64,000 nucleotides of DNA, taken from assembly GCA_905178155.1 (NCBI GenBank), contig CAJINV010000018.1:1034609-1098608 (forward strand), written 5' to 3'. The stretch comes from Amoebophrya sp. A120 (lineage: Eukaryota; Protista; Dinoflagellata). A model generated the notes under the pieces. The model ran no database searches. It saw only the letters and a program-made list of their open reading frames with translations, and was not told the DNA's origin. Positions 11,101 to 22,700 of this stretch are shown piece after piece. Both the position numbers and the translations under genes were made by a program. How positions within the stretch are numbered: position 1 is the stretch's first letter; the number at the start of each line of letters is the position of its first letter.

Positions 11101-14100
11101 TTCTAGCTGTGTTTGAGAATTTGTGATGCTCAGACCAGCATGATCTGCTAGATCTGTGAAGCTGCTGAACTAGCTAAAGAGGACTGTATCACTACGAAGA
11201 CAGACTTGTCATGCGAAACAACCAAAGGTAGTAGATTTGTATAGCAGATGCCGCATCGTGACACCGGTGTGGGAACGTGGTTCCTCACGATACCGTCCCG
11301 CGGGGATTTGCCCGCACAGTATCCGTTCACCTCTTCTTCGTCCAACTTCTGGTACCGTTCCTGCCCACACTTCCAAATGGCCAGCGTCATATCCAAGGAA
11401 AAAACTGTGTTACGTTAGTGTAACTTTCTTGTGAGGAATATTAGCATCACAAGATCGCTCTGCATGACAGAGAGAGCCTGTCATGCGCGGCTAGTACGTG
11501 AAAACACGTACGTAAACAGCCTCTGATGCATGTTGTCCAGCCTGACAAGTGTAACTGTTTTGCATTTTCTGCATCACAGACTTACACTTACACAGTTTTT
11601 TTCTTGCATACTTCACGCTCTCCCGGTAGTAGCTCCGGACCACCCCACCCGTGTCGCGAAACGTGTAGTGCCCCATATCCGTCTCCCCCTTGCAGTCTAC
11701 CCCCTGGTGCCAGGAGGCCCAGGAGAGGTTGGTTTTGATGTCGTAGTACTGCTCTGCGGAGTCCACCGGCCCGATCGCAAACAAACACTTCCGCATGATC
11801 GGGTTGGTTTCGTGGAAAAAAATGTCCATCGCCCGGCCCTCATCCCCGTGCACGAAATTCCGCTGCTCGTCCGCGAAATTCTCGACCGTGATTTTCCCCA
11901 AATCCGCCAAGCAGGTCGCGAACACGTACCCGATATGCTAGAGTAAAAACGTCCCCACCCCGTAGTTGTCATGCAGGTTTGCATCCACAGAAACATTTGT
12001 AATGCGGGTTCCCATGCGAAGCATTTCTAGTCGTGTTTTGGGATTTGTAATACTGAAAACAGGATGAGCAGATGGATTTGCGATGCGGCTGTCCTTACGC
12101 ACCTGTACTACACTACGGACTGCAACTTGTTATGCGTGGCGTCCAAAACTTCTAGATTTGTGTTGCTAAGTTCCCAACCTGAGTATGGGGTGGGGACGTT
12201 TCTACTTATGATACCCGATCCCCTGGTAGGTGTAGGGCTGCGGCGGGATCAGGTTCAAACAGATCTTCGTCCAGTAGGAGGCGAGGGAAGCCAGTTCCCG
12301 GGAAAGCAAAAACCCCACGTATGAGAGTGCACAACTCCCCCTCGTTCTCATTTCTCATGCAGAATACCAAATCCACGCTTTCCCTCCTGTCACTATTATG
12401 CATGACAAGTTCTGGTGGCCCAAATAGCACTACACTCCAGTGGAAATTTGTCATGCAAAACCGGCATTCGGGCTGATGCTTGTGTTGCCGTTCATGCTAT
12501 ACAAATGAGGGGGAGGGGGAGTTGTGCACTGCCACTGTCATACCACGTCGCGGTTGTGCATGAGGAAGTTCTCGTTGTCCTCGTAATTGATCTATCAAAT
12601 GCAAAAATGTCTGGGTCTGGAAGATTAGAACTTGTCATGCTAAATCTGAATGATGCAAAAATCTGTGTTGCGTGAGTGCCAAAAGCTGTCCGCTTTTGAC
12701 CAAGTTGAGGGGGAGTTTCTCACGCAGGAAAGGCATGGTAGAGACCTCAAAGAATCTGTCATGCTGGGTCTCGCATTCCAGACCTCATGTGTCCCGGAAA
12801 ACCTGCATCACAAATCTTGCACTCTTCCAGACCCAGACATTTTTACATTTGATATGATCATCCCGGCCAACAACCCGAAGTAGTGCGGCTGCGTCTCGTC
12901 CAAGCAATTTCTGCATTACAAAAGTATCGCACTACGTATTAATTGCATCACAAATTTTTTCAAGAAGAAAATTGGTATTTGTAATGCTGACTTAGGTAGA
13001 AAAACTAGATTTGTCTTGCATAGCTGCAATTACTTTATCATCATACGAGTGCGATACTTGTTCTGCAGAGGATACAATTCACCCGCTCCGTAATCGCCGG
13101 GATGTTCACGTACACTTCCGGGTCTATGTGGTAGAACCACTTGCAGAGGGGAAGCAGGTACGCGAATTTCTCGAAAAGCTGCGACCAGAAGTACAGCAAA
13201 TCCCGGCTGTCGTGGTTGTTTGGCAGATACAACACTTCCGGGTTCCCAAAACCAGAAGGCAGGCGGGGTAGGGTCGCAATCGCGGGGAGCTGGGTCCTGC
13301 TCTCGTGGTGGTCTTCCCCCGTGCTAGAAGGTCGCGCGTCGTCGTTGTGCGGGCCTGGGGTGAGGTTGAACATGAAGATTTGAAGAAGACGTAGAGGTTC
13401 TTGCCCGCATAGAAAGAAGGACGAGTGGTATGCGTATGCCTGTATGAGTGTTATCGATAAATAAGTAAATGTAAAAACCGATCGTAAGTCTAAGTACTAC
13501 AATACAGCGAGAATTATAATTCCCGACCTGCAACTATATATCAAACTTAATCATAGTCGCGGACTACTTGATGGATGCGAAGATGATCATGTGAATAAAG
13601 CAGGTAAATGGTAAAAAGAGCTACGAGCGGATGTTACTAATTTTTTTAATAGAGGAATTGATGAAATACATCTTGATGCAGAAATCCACCAAAACCTGTC
13701 CGTACCATCCTCCTGCGGCGCTGCGCTGCCCTCCTCGTCAACATCCACGTCGTGGTTTCCGGTTCTGTAGAGCCAAAGCGAGTCCGTCAGAGCGCCCCAG
13801 GTGTCGCGAATCGCCAGTAATCTTTTCATCGACAGCCGGTCCGCCTGCATGAAGATGCACAGGGTCCGCTCCTCCGTGTTATGCATTGCAAATATGTCTG
13901 GGTCTGGAAACATGTGATGCAAGGAAGCGAATAGTGAGCACACTGTAATGCGCTCCCCAGCATGACAACTTTTTCCGTGGTTCAGAGTTGCGTACTCCGC
14001 ATGAGAAACTGCGTTTTTGCATGACAGACAGGAGGAGCTCTTCGCGGACACGCAATACAGAGTTCCGAGTCATGCCAGACTAACATGACAAATCTCGCAA

Positions 14101-17100
14101 TCTCCCAGACCCAGACATATAATTTGCAGTTCCTACGTGTATTTCCCGTGCAAAATCTCGTATTCCACGCGGGACTTCGGAATTTATCAAATGCAAAAGT
14201 GTCTGGGTCTGGAAAGGTTGAACTTGTATTGCGTGTCCAGGACTCCAGAAATTATATTTGTATTGCATAAAAGCAACAAAAGCGCCACAGTTTCGCCATG
14301 AAAAAGCGCAGTTTGTAATGCGCACTGAGTATGAGAAAGCGTTTCAAAAATTTGTCATGCAAAACTGCACTCAAAGGCGCGCTCTCTCACTCATGACCAT
14401 TCCGCATTACAGATTTCCAGACCGAGACATATTTGCAGTTGATAGAATTAGGGGCGTCACGATCAATGCCGACAAGGGCGCGGCGGTTTTGTATCCTGAG
14501 TAAAAACATCCCCAACCCAGAGTTGTCACGCAAATCTGCATGCCAAAAAAGTTTCTCATGCGAAGCCACATGAAAAGCTTTTTCTAGTCGTGTTTTGGAA
14601 TTTGTGATGCTACAATCAGCATGAGATGCTAGACCTGTGATACCGCTAAACTAGCTAAACAGGATCACACTACGAGGATAAACCTGTCATGCGAAACGAC
14701 CAAAGTTGGCTGGTTTGTCTAGCAGATTTCCCATCTTGACTCTGGTCTCGGTCTGGGGATGTTTTTACAAATGATATTTTGTCGTGTTGGTTCACGGCGA
14801 GAAGGTCCGGAGAACCAGGGGTGGGATGGAGTTTCCCTTGAGAAGTGAACGAACCATCGCACGACCCGTCGGAAAGATCATCACTGCCACTACGCTTGCT
14901 CGCACTACTACTGCTAGCGCCACCACCTCCGTTCGGGCTTCGACTTGAGCTGGTTGTTCCACTGGTCGTGCCGTTCGCAGTAGTTGCACCTCTATCATAA
15001 TCCCGGGTGGGCGAAACTCCACTCAGCTTATTCAGCGAGGAAGAGGAGCTACTGGCGGAACTGCCAACATTATGACCGGCTCCATTTGCCGCACGCAATT
15101 CGTCTTTGTCGTGCTCCTCTTGCAGTTCCTCCCCCTCCAACAAGTTCGCAACTTTGAATTCGTGCTTGAATTTCGGTTTTGAGCTAGACCCCTGCTGCGT
15201 GTCGCGTGCGGAAGAGGCAACGGGAAGGTCGCGGAGCCTGAAAATTTGGTTTTACTATTGCTCATCGATTCGAGAGAGAAAGAGAGACAGAGAGAGAGGG
15301 CGTGTGTGTAATGTGTGAGTGTGTGATGCTACAATTGAACAGGATTCTGTAGTTTTATTTTACAAACACAGAAATGAGCAACACAAGAAATTCGTCGATC
15401 TCGAGTACCACATAGAATCCCCGATGAGCCGATCTTTGTCGAGCGCGTTTATCCTGTGTAAAAACGTCCCCACACCATAGTTGTCATGCAAATCTGCATG
15501 CGAAGCCCCATGAGAAGCATTTTCTAATGGTGTTTTGAAATTTGTCATGCTCCAATCAGCATGAGAGACTAGATCTGTAATGCTGCTGAACTAGCTCAAA
15601 CAGCACTACACTACGCGTCCAAAAAATTTGTCATGCGAAACAAGCAAAGTTGGCCGATTTGTCTAGCAGATTTTCCATCTTGACTCTGGTGTGGGTACGT
15701 TTTTACTCAGGATAGCGTTCTGGGCATCCTCTTGCTGCTTGTTGAGCTGGTCCAACTTTGTCAGTGTTATGGAATAGGGAAAATCAGCTGTAGACTGGCA
15801 GCTGGAAGTCGAACTACTAGTACTACTACTCCGTATGCATGACAAAAGACGCTTGTTGTGCTCGACGTTCGACACATACATTTTTTTTACATTCATTCCT
15901 CATCTAGAACCTTTCCTGTTTCCTCTATCGAGACATTGCGCGAACGCCGACAGCTGCCCAGACACAATATTCACTTTTCCCCATTCCATAGTCAGCTGCT
16001 CTCTTTCATGCTGTATCCTCGCTATGGTCGACGCTTGCGGTGAGTTTAAGCTTTGTGCTTGGTCGTCACCCGCGAGGTGCTCCGACGAGGTGGAGATGTC
16101 TGGAAAAAGATGGGTTTTCGGTTCCTTCGAATACCGCGATAAAATCAACGGCAGCCCATGAGAAGTGAACGAACCATCGTACGACCCGTCGGAAAGCTGT
16201 CGCGAATCCACCTCACGGGGGGGAGTAGAAGTACTTCTTCTATGTGCGGGAAGATGGAACAAATTCGTACTACCCAATGCACCACACTCTGCGAAGTTTT
16301 CTGACAAAATTTCCACCATTTTTGCATGCGCCAAAAGGTCCTGGTCTGCCGTCTCGGTGTAGGGTCCTAGCGGAACGACCGCGCCGGGCGCGTCGCCTAC
16401 ACTTGAAAATACAGCGGAGGCTGGAAGTAATGCTTCTAGATCAGCATGTACTGGATTTGCATCACTACTTCCGCCTCCGCCAACGATCAGCAACTTTCGC
16501 CAAGAATTTCCGTCCCCGTCAGTAGCAGCGGTACTAGAATCCTCTTCCGGTGCTGTTCCACTCGTTGTGTTTTTACCACAAACCCGCCTCGCCAGCTCCC
16601 GGATGTCCACAACGCGGGCGAGAATAGTTGGTCGGCCACTTCTGCTGGTGTCCTGCTGGTGTTCCTGCGCTGCTGTTGATTGTGATGACTCTGTAGTGGT
16701 CTTCATGATGCTCCTCGCTGTGGACGACGAGGATGTGATTTTTCTTGTGGTGCCGAACTCCACGCGGCGCACAAACTTCGACACGATGTCGACATTCATC
16801 GATGTGCTTGTAGTCGTTGTAATGCTGGTACTTGTCTTCGACGTCTCACTACCGCTTATCATTTCTCCTGCTTGTCCTAGCTGTTCATCCGCTTCTTTTA
16901 CAGCAGGACCAGAAGCGGCGTGAAGATCTTCCCGTTGAAGATGTTCTGGCATGTTGATGTTGTATCAAATGCAAAAATGTCTGGGTCTGATAGGATGCGA
17001 ACTTGTCATGCAGATTTTACATGGCCCGTGACGTCTGTGATGTATTCCCTGGCATCACATATTTTCTGAGTGCTTCGTTCTTGATGCCTATTCCTCATGA

Positions 17101-17498
17101 CAAATGGCCTCCCCTCGTAGAAGAAACTGGACTCCTCTTGCTGGTCACGCAATACAGATTTTTCTAGAGTCCAAAGCTAGCATCACAAGTTCCAACTTTC
17201 CAGACCCCGACATTTTTGCAGTTGATATGTTGAGAAACCGGATCTCCCGCACGTCCTCGTTCTGTTTGTCCGCGAAAAATCGCTTCAGGCCCCGGTAATT
17301 CACAAACGCGGGCGTGTGCACCTGCACGACGTGGGTGCATGATTGTTTATCCACCTGGAGTTCCGGAGCAATATGATTGCTCTTGTCAGGCCGGGCGGGC
17401 TTATCCAAGAAAACCACATCTGGATGAAAACGATCGGCATCCTCGGGCACCCAGGAAGGCCCAAGTGCCACACAGAAACTCAACAGCGGATTGCGCAT
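8125..17498 (-). CDS. Multi-exon GT31 (Fringe/core-1 beta-1,3-galactosyltransferase-like) glycosyltransferase with two, possibly three, tandem GT31 domains
   Basis: C-terminal domain motifs: AARDTWAR, WYMKADADSHV, YYLGVP|QVAEG..FASGGGGYFLSR, EDVMLAGCL. Upstream domain: AIRDTWG, WFYHIDPEVYVN, GFLLSRELA. Frames join across introners 9204-9510, 11011-11292, 11390-11610, 11934-12213, 13880-14135, 14185-14444, 14492-14776 and 16963-17227. Start codon tentative. Confidence 0.8.
9204..9510. mobile_element. Introner family C
   Basis: TIR tatggatgtgtcaggatcgaa...tttcaaagctgacgcgtccata; direct repeat cggca; removal joins YYLGVP to QVAEG. Confidence 0.9.
11011..11292. mobile_element. Introner family B
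   Basis: Family B TIRs; direct repeat ccgtc; frame restored on removal. Confidence 0.85.
11390..11610. mobile_element. Introner family H
   Basis: TIR tatccaaggaaaaaactgtgt...acacagtttttttcttgcata; flanks cgtca/cttca; frame restored on removal. Confidence 0.8.
11934..12213. mobile_element. Introner family B
   Basis: Family B TIRs; direct repeat cccga. Confidence 0.85.
12320..12542. mobile_element. Introner family D
   Basis: Family D TIRs; direct repeat ccacg. Confidence 0.85.
12593..12854. mobile_element. Introner family A (intact reference copy)
   Basis: TIR tatcaaatgcaaaaatgtctgggtctggaaga; direct repeat tgatc. Confidence 0.9.
12910..13074. mobile_element. Introner family I
   Basis: aaaagtatcgcact...agtgcgatactt inverted ends; direct repeat caatt. 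Confidence 0.75.
13880..14135. mobile_element. Introner family A
   Basis: Family A TIRs; direct repeat cgtgt. Confidence 0.85.
14185..14444. mobile_element. Introner family A
   Basis: Family A TIRs; direct repeat gaatt. Confidence 0.85.
14492..14776. mobile_element. Introner family B
   Basis: Family B TIRs; direct repeat ttttg. Confidence 0.85.
14883..16160. repeat. Duplicated segment, copy 1 (paralog at 28210-30098), flanked by 42-bp direct repeats at 14835-14876 and 16155-16196
   Basis: Colinear high identity with 28210-30098, including the EGEELQEEHDKDELRAANGAGHNVGSS coding stretch and a shared family B introner. Confidence 0.9.
15450..15714. mobile_element. Introner family B (shared with the paralog at 28767-29046)
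   Basis: Family B TIRs; direct repeat gcgtt. Confidence 0.85.
16963..17227. mobile_element. Introner family A
   Basis: Family A TIRs; direct repeat tgttg; frame restored on removal. Confidence 0.85.
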
Positions 17499-18379
17499 TC
17501 TTTTTCGAGTACAAGTTCTTATTTTTCGCGTGATAGTGATAGAAGCTGAAGAAGTATCCCTCGAGGACAAATAATACGTAATTTATCTCTATACTGGTGC
17601 TAGACTCCCGCTTTGAGTCGTGGCAACTGGATGAACGCGGCTCGTAGTGGAATCTTACCGAGATGAAAGGGCCATCTACTAGCACAACACTTTTGGAGAA
17701 AAGGACACACGACAGAAGTTGTTTAGGGGCCTCTTCTACATTCAAGATCTAATACGCTGCGACGTGAAGACAAAAAGAACTTTTTAGAACCACTAGACCA
17801 TTTTTTACAGCTCCCACGACAAGCAACTACCAGCAAGAAGGCAAACAGCGTGCGGATCGGGTTGGAGGCTGGTTGTCTTGATGTCAGACGAAAGGTACAC
17901 AAGCAGATTATCCGGCTTGAGAAAAAAACAGTCATCCCCAGGGGGTTTTCGTGGTTGTACCGACGGCCGCATAGTAGACCTTGCAGCATAAGCATAACAC
18001 AAGAACTTCGTCCTTCTCCTTTCATGGTAGAGAGGCGTGGTATGGTCACATCAAAGGCAAAACTGAGTGCGCCAAAAACATCAAATGCAAATATGTTCCA
18101 AACTTCAAAAGAAATGTCTCATTAAGACCCAGCCGATTTTCATGGTCGTAAGAGTAAAAAAAAGGCGAGTAAAAAATAAGGAGCATAGTGATTCTGCTTG
18201 AAAACACAAGATCAACACTCAGAGGCAAATCATTCATTGAGATACGATAGATTTAACTCTGGAGTATTCAGTACGCTTATTCCTATGCGGTTTCCTCTTT
18301 CTTCTTTGCCTGGCGGCGCAAAGTGGAAGTGCATCCCTTGCCCAGTCTCGGCTCCGCCAGGTGCGCGTGGAACCTGGTT

Positions 18380-19528
18380 TCAGGAAAAGTCGGGCGAGTT
18401 GTTGGAGGCCACACTCATGGGACTGCGAGGTGGAGTTCCCAACTCGTGGTCGACAGGAGACCACGACCTGGGTGAGTTGTCGTTGTCGTCGTTGTCGACG
18501 TTGTCGACGCGGGAATGGGACGTGACGTCACGAAACCACGCACGAAAACGCGGGTGCCAAGCGCGTGGGACTCCAAGCCGTTGCCAACCAGTCACACGGG
18601 TCGGAGGGTACGTCGACGTCCCGCCACGATAGTCCTTCCAGTGGGAAAATGGTATCGTCTCAGTTTCCGGAACCGGAAAGAGTTCCTCCGGATTTCGATC
18701 CGCGGCACCACGGAAGGGCTGTTTTCCTTCAGGTTGTTTTGTGTTTAACACCTGCCCTCCGAGGTTGTCGCCAAACTCGTCGATATGCATTACAAACAAG
18801 CCCGGGTCTGAAAACTTGTGATGCTGATGCCGAGTCGCGGCTATTAAAGAAGACGCTTTCGATTCGAATGCAATGCACCCAAGCATGACAAGTTTCTTCA
18901 ACGTTTTCCCATACATCACCCAGCATCATGCAGTGAACACCCGCACTCAGTGCCACAGCCTAAGGGTCCCCTCCCTGGGGGTGGGAGTGACAGAGGGAGA
19001 CACTTTTCTTGGTCTCATAATATCTACGTAGTCGAGCGCCCCTACCCCGGACAGCCGCACGCACAGTCACAACCGGTCGGGATCTCCCCGCAACCAGCCA
19101 ATCGCACCCAGCCAGCAAGCAGGGCGCGGCGCCCCATACAGAACTACGATCCAGAATAGTATTAGGACGTAACGCGCATTCCAACAAGAACAAACTGCGG
19201 CTTTGCATGACAAAGTCAGGGCGCTTGTGTCGGTCATACACTGCAGATTCTACCGGAAAATAAATGCGAGATAGGCTATAGAACTTCAACTTTAATCTTC
19301 CAGACCCGCACAACTTTGCAGTTGATACTCGGTAATTTTGTACCATTCCTCCCGCCAGTTTTCCTTGTTAAAATATTTCTCCACCAACTTCTTCTCAATT
19401 TCATCAAGAAGTAATCCCAGGGGAGTTCTTTCCACCAAAGTAGCTTCGCCGTCATCATCAACATTTATGGGCGCGGAAAAACACACTGACCATGGCCAAG
19501 AGAGGACGAGCAGGCTGCTGAAACCCAA
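18380..19528 (-). CDS. Two-exon putative secreted protein of unknown function
   Basis: Signal-peptide-like N-terminus MGFSSLLVLSWPWSVCFSAP; ORFs 19292-19528 and 18380-18919 join in frame when 549 nt (element 18784-19327 plus 5) is removed. Confidence 0.55.
18784..19327. mobile_element. Degenerate family A introner enlarged by an internal GC-rich segment
   Basis: Degenerate family A ends tatgcattacaaac..gggtctg and ccagacccgcacaactttgcagttgata; flanks only 3/5 identical, but frame is restored. Confidence 0.6.
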
Positions 19529-19737
19529 TCTTAAAAATATATAGAGATAAACAGAAGAACTTCCATCGCTTTTGCATGATCAGCCGACATTTTCATCATG
19601 TGCTCAACCACAATGGCCCCCCTGATACATAGTACAGAAGTCATCGTGGTGCACCAAGGTCGACCTATGGACTCCATTTTCTAGTGGTAGCTGGTCACGA
19701 CCAAAATGTCGTGGATCGATTTGACTCGTCCTCCTGA

Positions 19738-22700
19738 TCAGCGCAGGGCATAATTTACTGTATGCATATAGCAAGAAAACGTCTCCGAACGTATAGTATC
19801 GATCTCCCAAGTGTCATCTTCGTTCAAGAGACCAGCCGGAGGTACGTCGTATTGGTCACGGATCTCCCAAGGTCTCCGAGCACCCTCCTCGTAATAGGGT
19901 ATCGACAAGCCGTGGGAGGTTACAACGGGAGGACCAAACCCGCACCTAAGAGGTTCTCTCGGTACGAGGTAAGGAGCTGCGTTATTTTTCTGATCCAACG
20001 TCGCTCGTTCGTGATCGTGTGGTCCCAAGCTCTGTTGAACGCTGGCGCTGTGATGTAGGGTAAAATCAACCGTAACATTTGCGTAACTCAAGACATGATC
20101 ACTGCAAGGTTGTAAGCCACTGGGATAGTGAGGGACCTGGTGTTCGTGCATTCGTGTTTCGGTATAGTTCTTGGTGTTGAACGTCATCGCTTTACTTCAT
20201 TCGTGCTCGCTCATCAACAACATCACGACGAATTGCTAACTCTATACCAAAGGGAGTGAAGCTCGCCGACCTTTTTACCCCATTTTTCGCGGAAAACGTC
20301 GCTAAACAAGCGCTGCATTTCCCACTGAATCCCGTATTCTCCCCAAATCGTCTTTGCTCTAAAGGGTCGCGCTTTTGTTTGTTCTGCTTTTTCCAGGTCG
20401 CCGTTCAAGCGAGAAAAGTCGATAGAGGAGAAGTCGGACCCGAAATGCCGAAACTGCTTCACTCTTTGCATTTTCTTTTTCTGGTCATCAACTACATCTT
20501 CACGGGGCGAGGACGTCGGCAGCTCGTCCACAGATCCGGCTCTCGAGGTCGTGCTGCCGCTTGTGGAGGAGATCGGAAGAGTGGCCTCCGTGCCAGAGAA
20601 CAAGAAAGCTCCTTCTGGCCCCTCAAACAGCACCGCACGTCCTTGCGCGTTCCGCGGCAGGTCGTACACGCTGAGCTTCAACAGGTCGATGAGTAGAGGG
20701 CGGACGAGTTGGTAGAACTTTCCGGCAACCAAATCTAAAGCGTCCTCGTTACGGAAAACGATTTCTGTGATGCTCCTGGAGTCATCGCCGCGAGTGGTCG
20801 GCGCGAGAAAACCAGCGGCCGCTGCAGGAGCTACTAGTTCGCGGCCGTCTTCGTAGCGTCGTCGCGTCGTCGGCCGTCGTAGTACCGGCGAACTAGTAGT
20901 CCCTACAGCTCTAGTTCGACGACCGCCTTGGACTGTCCCGGCGGTCGTCGTAGTCGTCGTCGTCGTGCCCTCTGTATGTTCATACCCGAAGATATTATAG
21001 TGAAAAACGCCCCCGCGACCCCAGAACTTGGAAGCATTTGTGTTGCGAAACACCTCCCAACATCCTGCATGAGCATGTATCTTCAGCATCACAAATTTAT
21101 GACGCTAAACTGCGTTGCAAAGGCCCCCAGCAATCGCCGGCGCGGGAAAAGTTTGGTTTCTATATTGCATGGAAAACTTTGCATCAGAAAAATTTCCAAC
21201 TTTATTCGGCGGCGGTGGGGGGTGCGATTTTCATTTCAATAGAAGACCCGTAAAATCAACTCTGGGTTCAGCAGATCGGTTGTTCCAGAAAGGGGAGCGA
21301 GAAGCTCCCTTTCCCCACCTCCGCGTCCGGGTCCGCCCGCCTGCAGGAGCACGTCATCCTTTGCAAGAAACGCAACAACGGCCGGCTCCAGGGCAGTGAA
21401 GGCGGCGGAGAAGTACACACCCTCACGGTGCAGCTCGTCCTCAATCAGGCCTTCACAATCCAGAATGACCATGTTGAACCTCCTTTCCAAGTTCTCAAAG
21501 GTAGGCGTGATGTAGCCCGGCATGAAAAACTGAAGCTCCACTACCTGCTTTGCTGCAATGCCGGTCTCGAAATCCATAGGACGGAACCTGAACTTCAAGG
21601 GTTCAGGACGCCCTTTCCGCACGCTCCTGACATACACTTTCCGGGCACGCGGTAACTCTACAGCGTAGCTCTACCCTGAGTAAAAATGTCTCGACCCCAC
21701 CAGAGCTGTCATGCAAACCTGCAGGTCCAAAATGTCTCTGATGCGCAACCCCGTGAAGTAGTGCTGTTTTGGAATTTGCATTACTCCTCGAGTCATAACC
21801 AGTCTGTTGAAGATGATCGATTTTTCATGTTGCAACTTACTGTAATAGCCGAAGACGATTACCTGTAAAAAAATATTGCCGGCACAAACTTGTCATGCGC
21901 AATAGGAAACTTGTCAAACGCAGCTTCCATCACGATCTTGACTATGAACATGGGGTGGGGACGTTTTTGCGCAGGATAAGTTCGGGTCGTGGTTTACCAA
22001 GTCAACATTATTGTCAGCAGAAAAAAAGTTCCACGGCGAAGCGAAAATTCCCAATTTCTGAAGCAATTTCGCGTTTGCAATCTCGACGTCCACGCAGTAC
22101 GACCAGTCTTCGGAATGTTTGAAATAGTCATCGTGATCCCGCCGAGTAGGATCCGAGGAGCACGAGAACAAGTCATCGTCGTCGAGCACGTACTTGCGCG
22201 GGTTAAAGTGCACATCGAGCATATGGCACATGGCTTGCTCCACAATATGCACCAAAAAAAACCGAAATGCTGCGCCCTACTTCGAATGTTCAGCCCTTTC
22301 CGAGAACGACACTAAACACCCCCCAAAAAAAAAAGGGTTCTGAAGCTGCCCGCGCCAAATCCGCGCGGACGCCCGCATAGGGGCCGCGCCTGTCCCCCAG
22401 GCTGAAAAGCCTCCGGCTGTCAGCTCCACATGCCCGCTAGTGCGCCATACGGCGCGGCGACTCTTCACTTTGGGCGCGGCCGGGAGTACATTCGCGCACA
22501 CGGATCGCAAGGCGCCAAATGCTGGCGTGGAAAAATCGTGCACCCGAAACGAGAAGCGCGCCCCAGAAGCTGGCCTGTACCTGGAGCGCAATATATTTTT
22601 TCGTGGCGCAAGCTGGCATCGCAAAAACAGCAAGATAATTTTTTGCCACGAAGCGAAAAATGTTGCTGGCCTGGAATCCAGCCCAAAACTTGTCCGAGTC

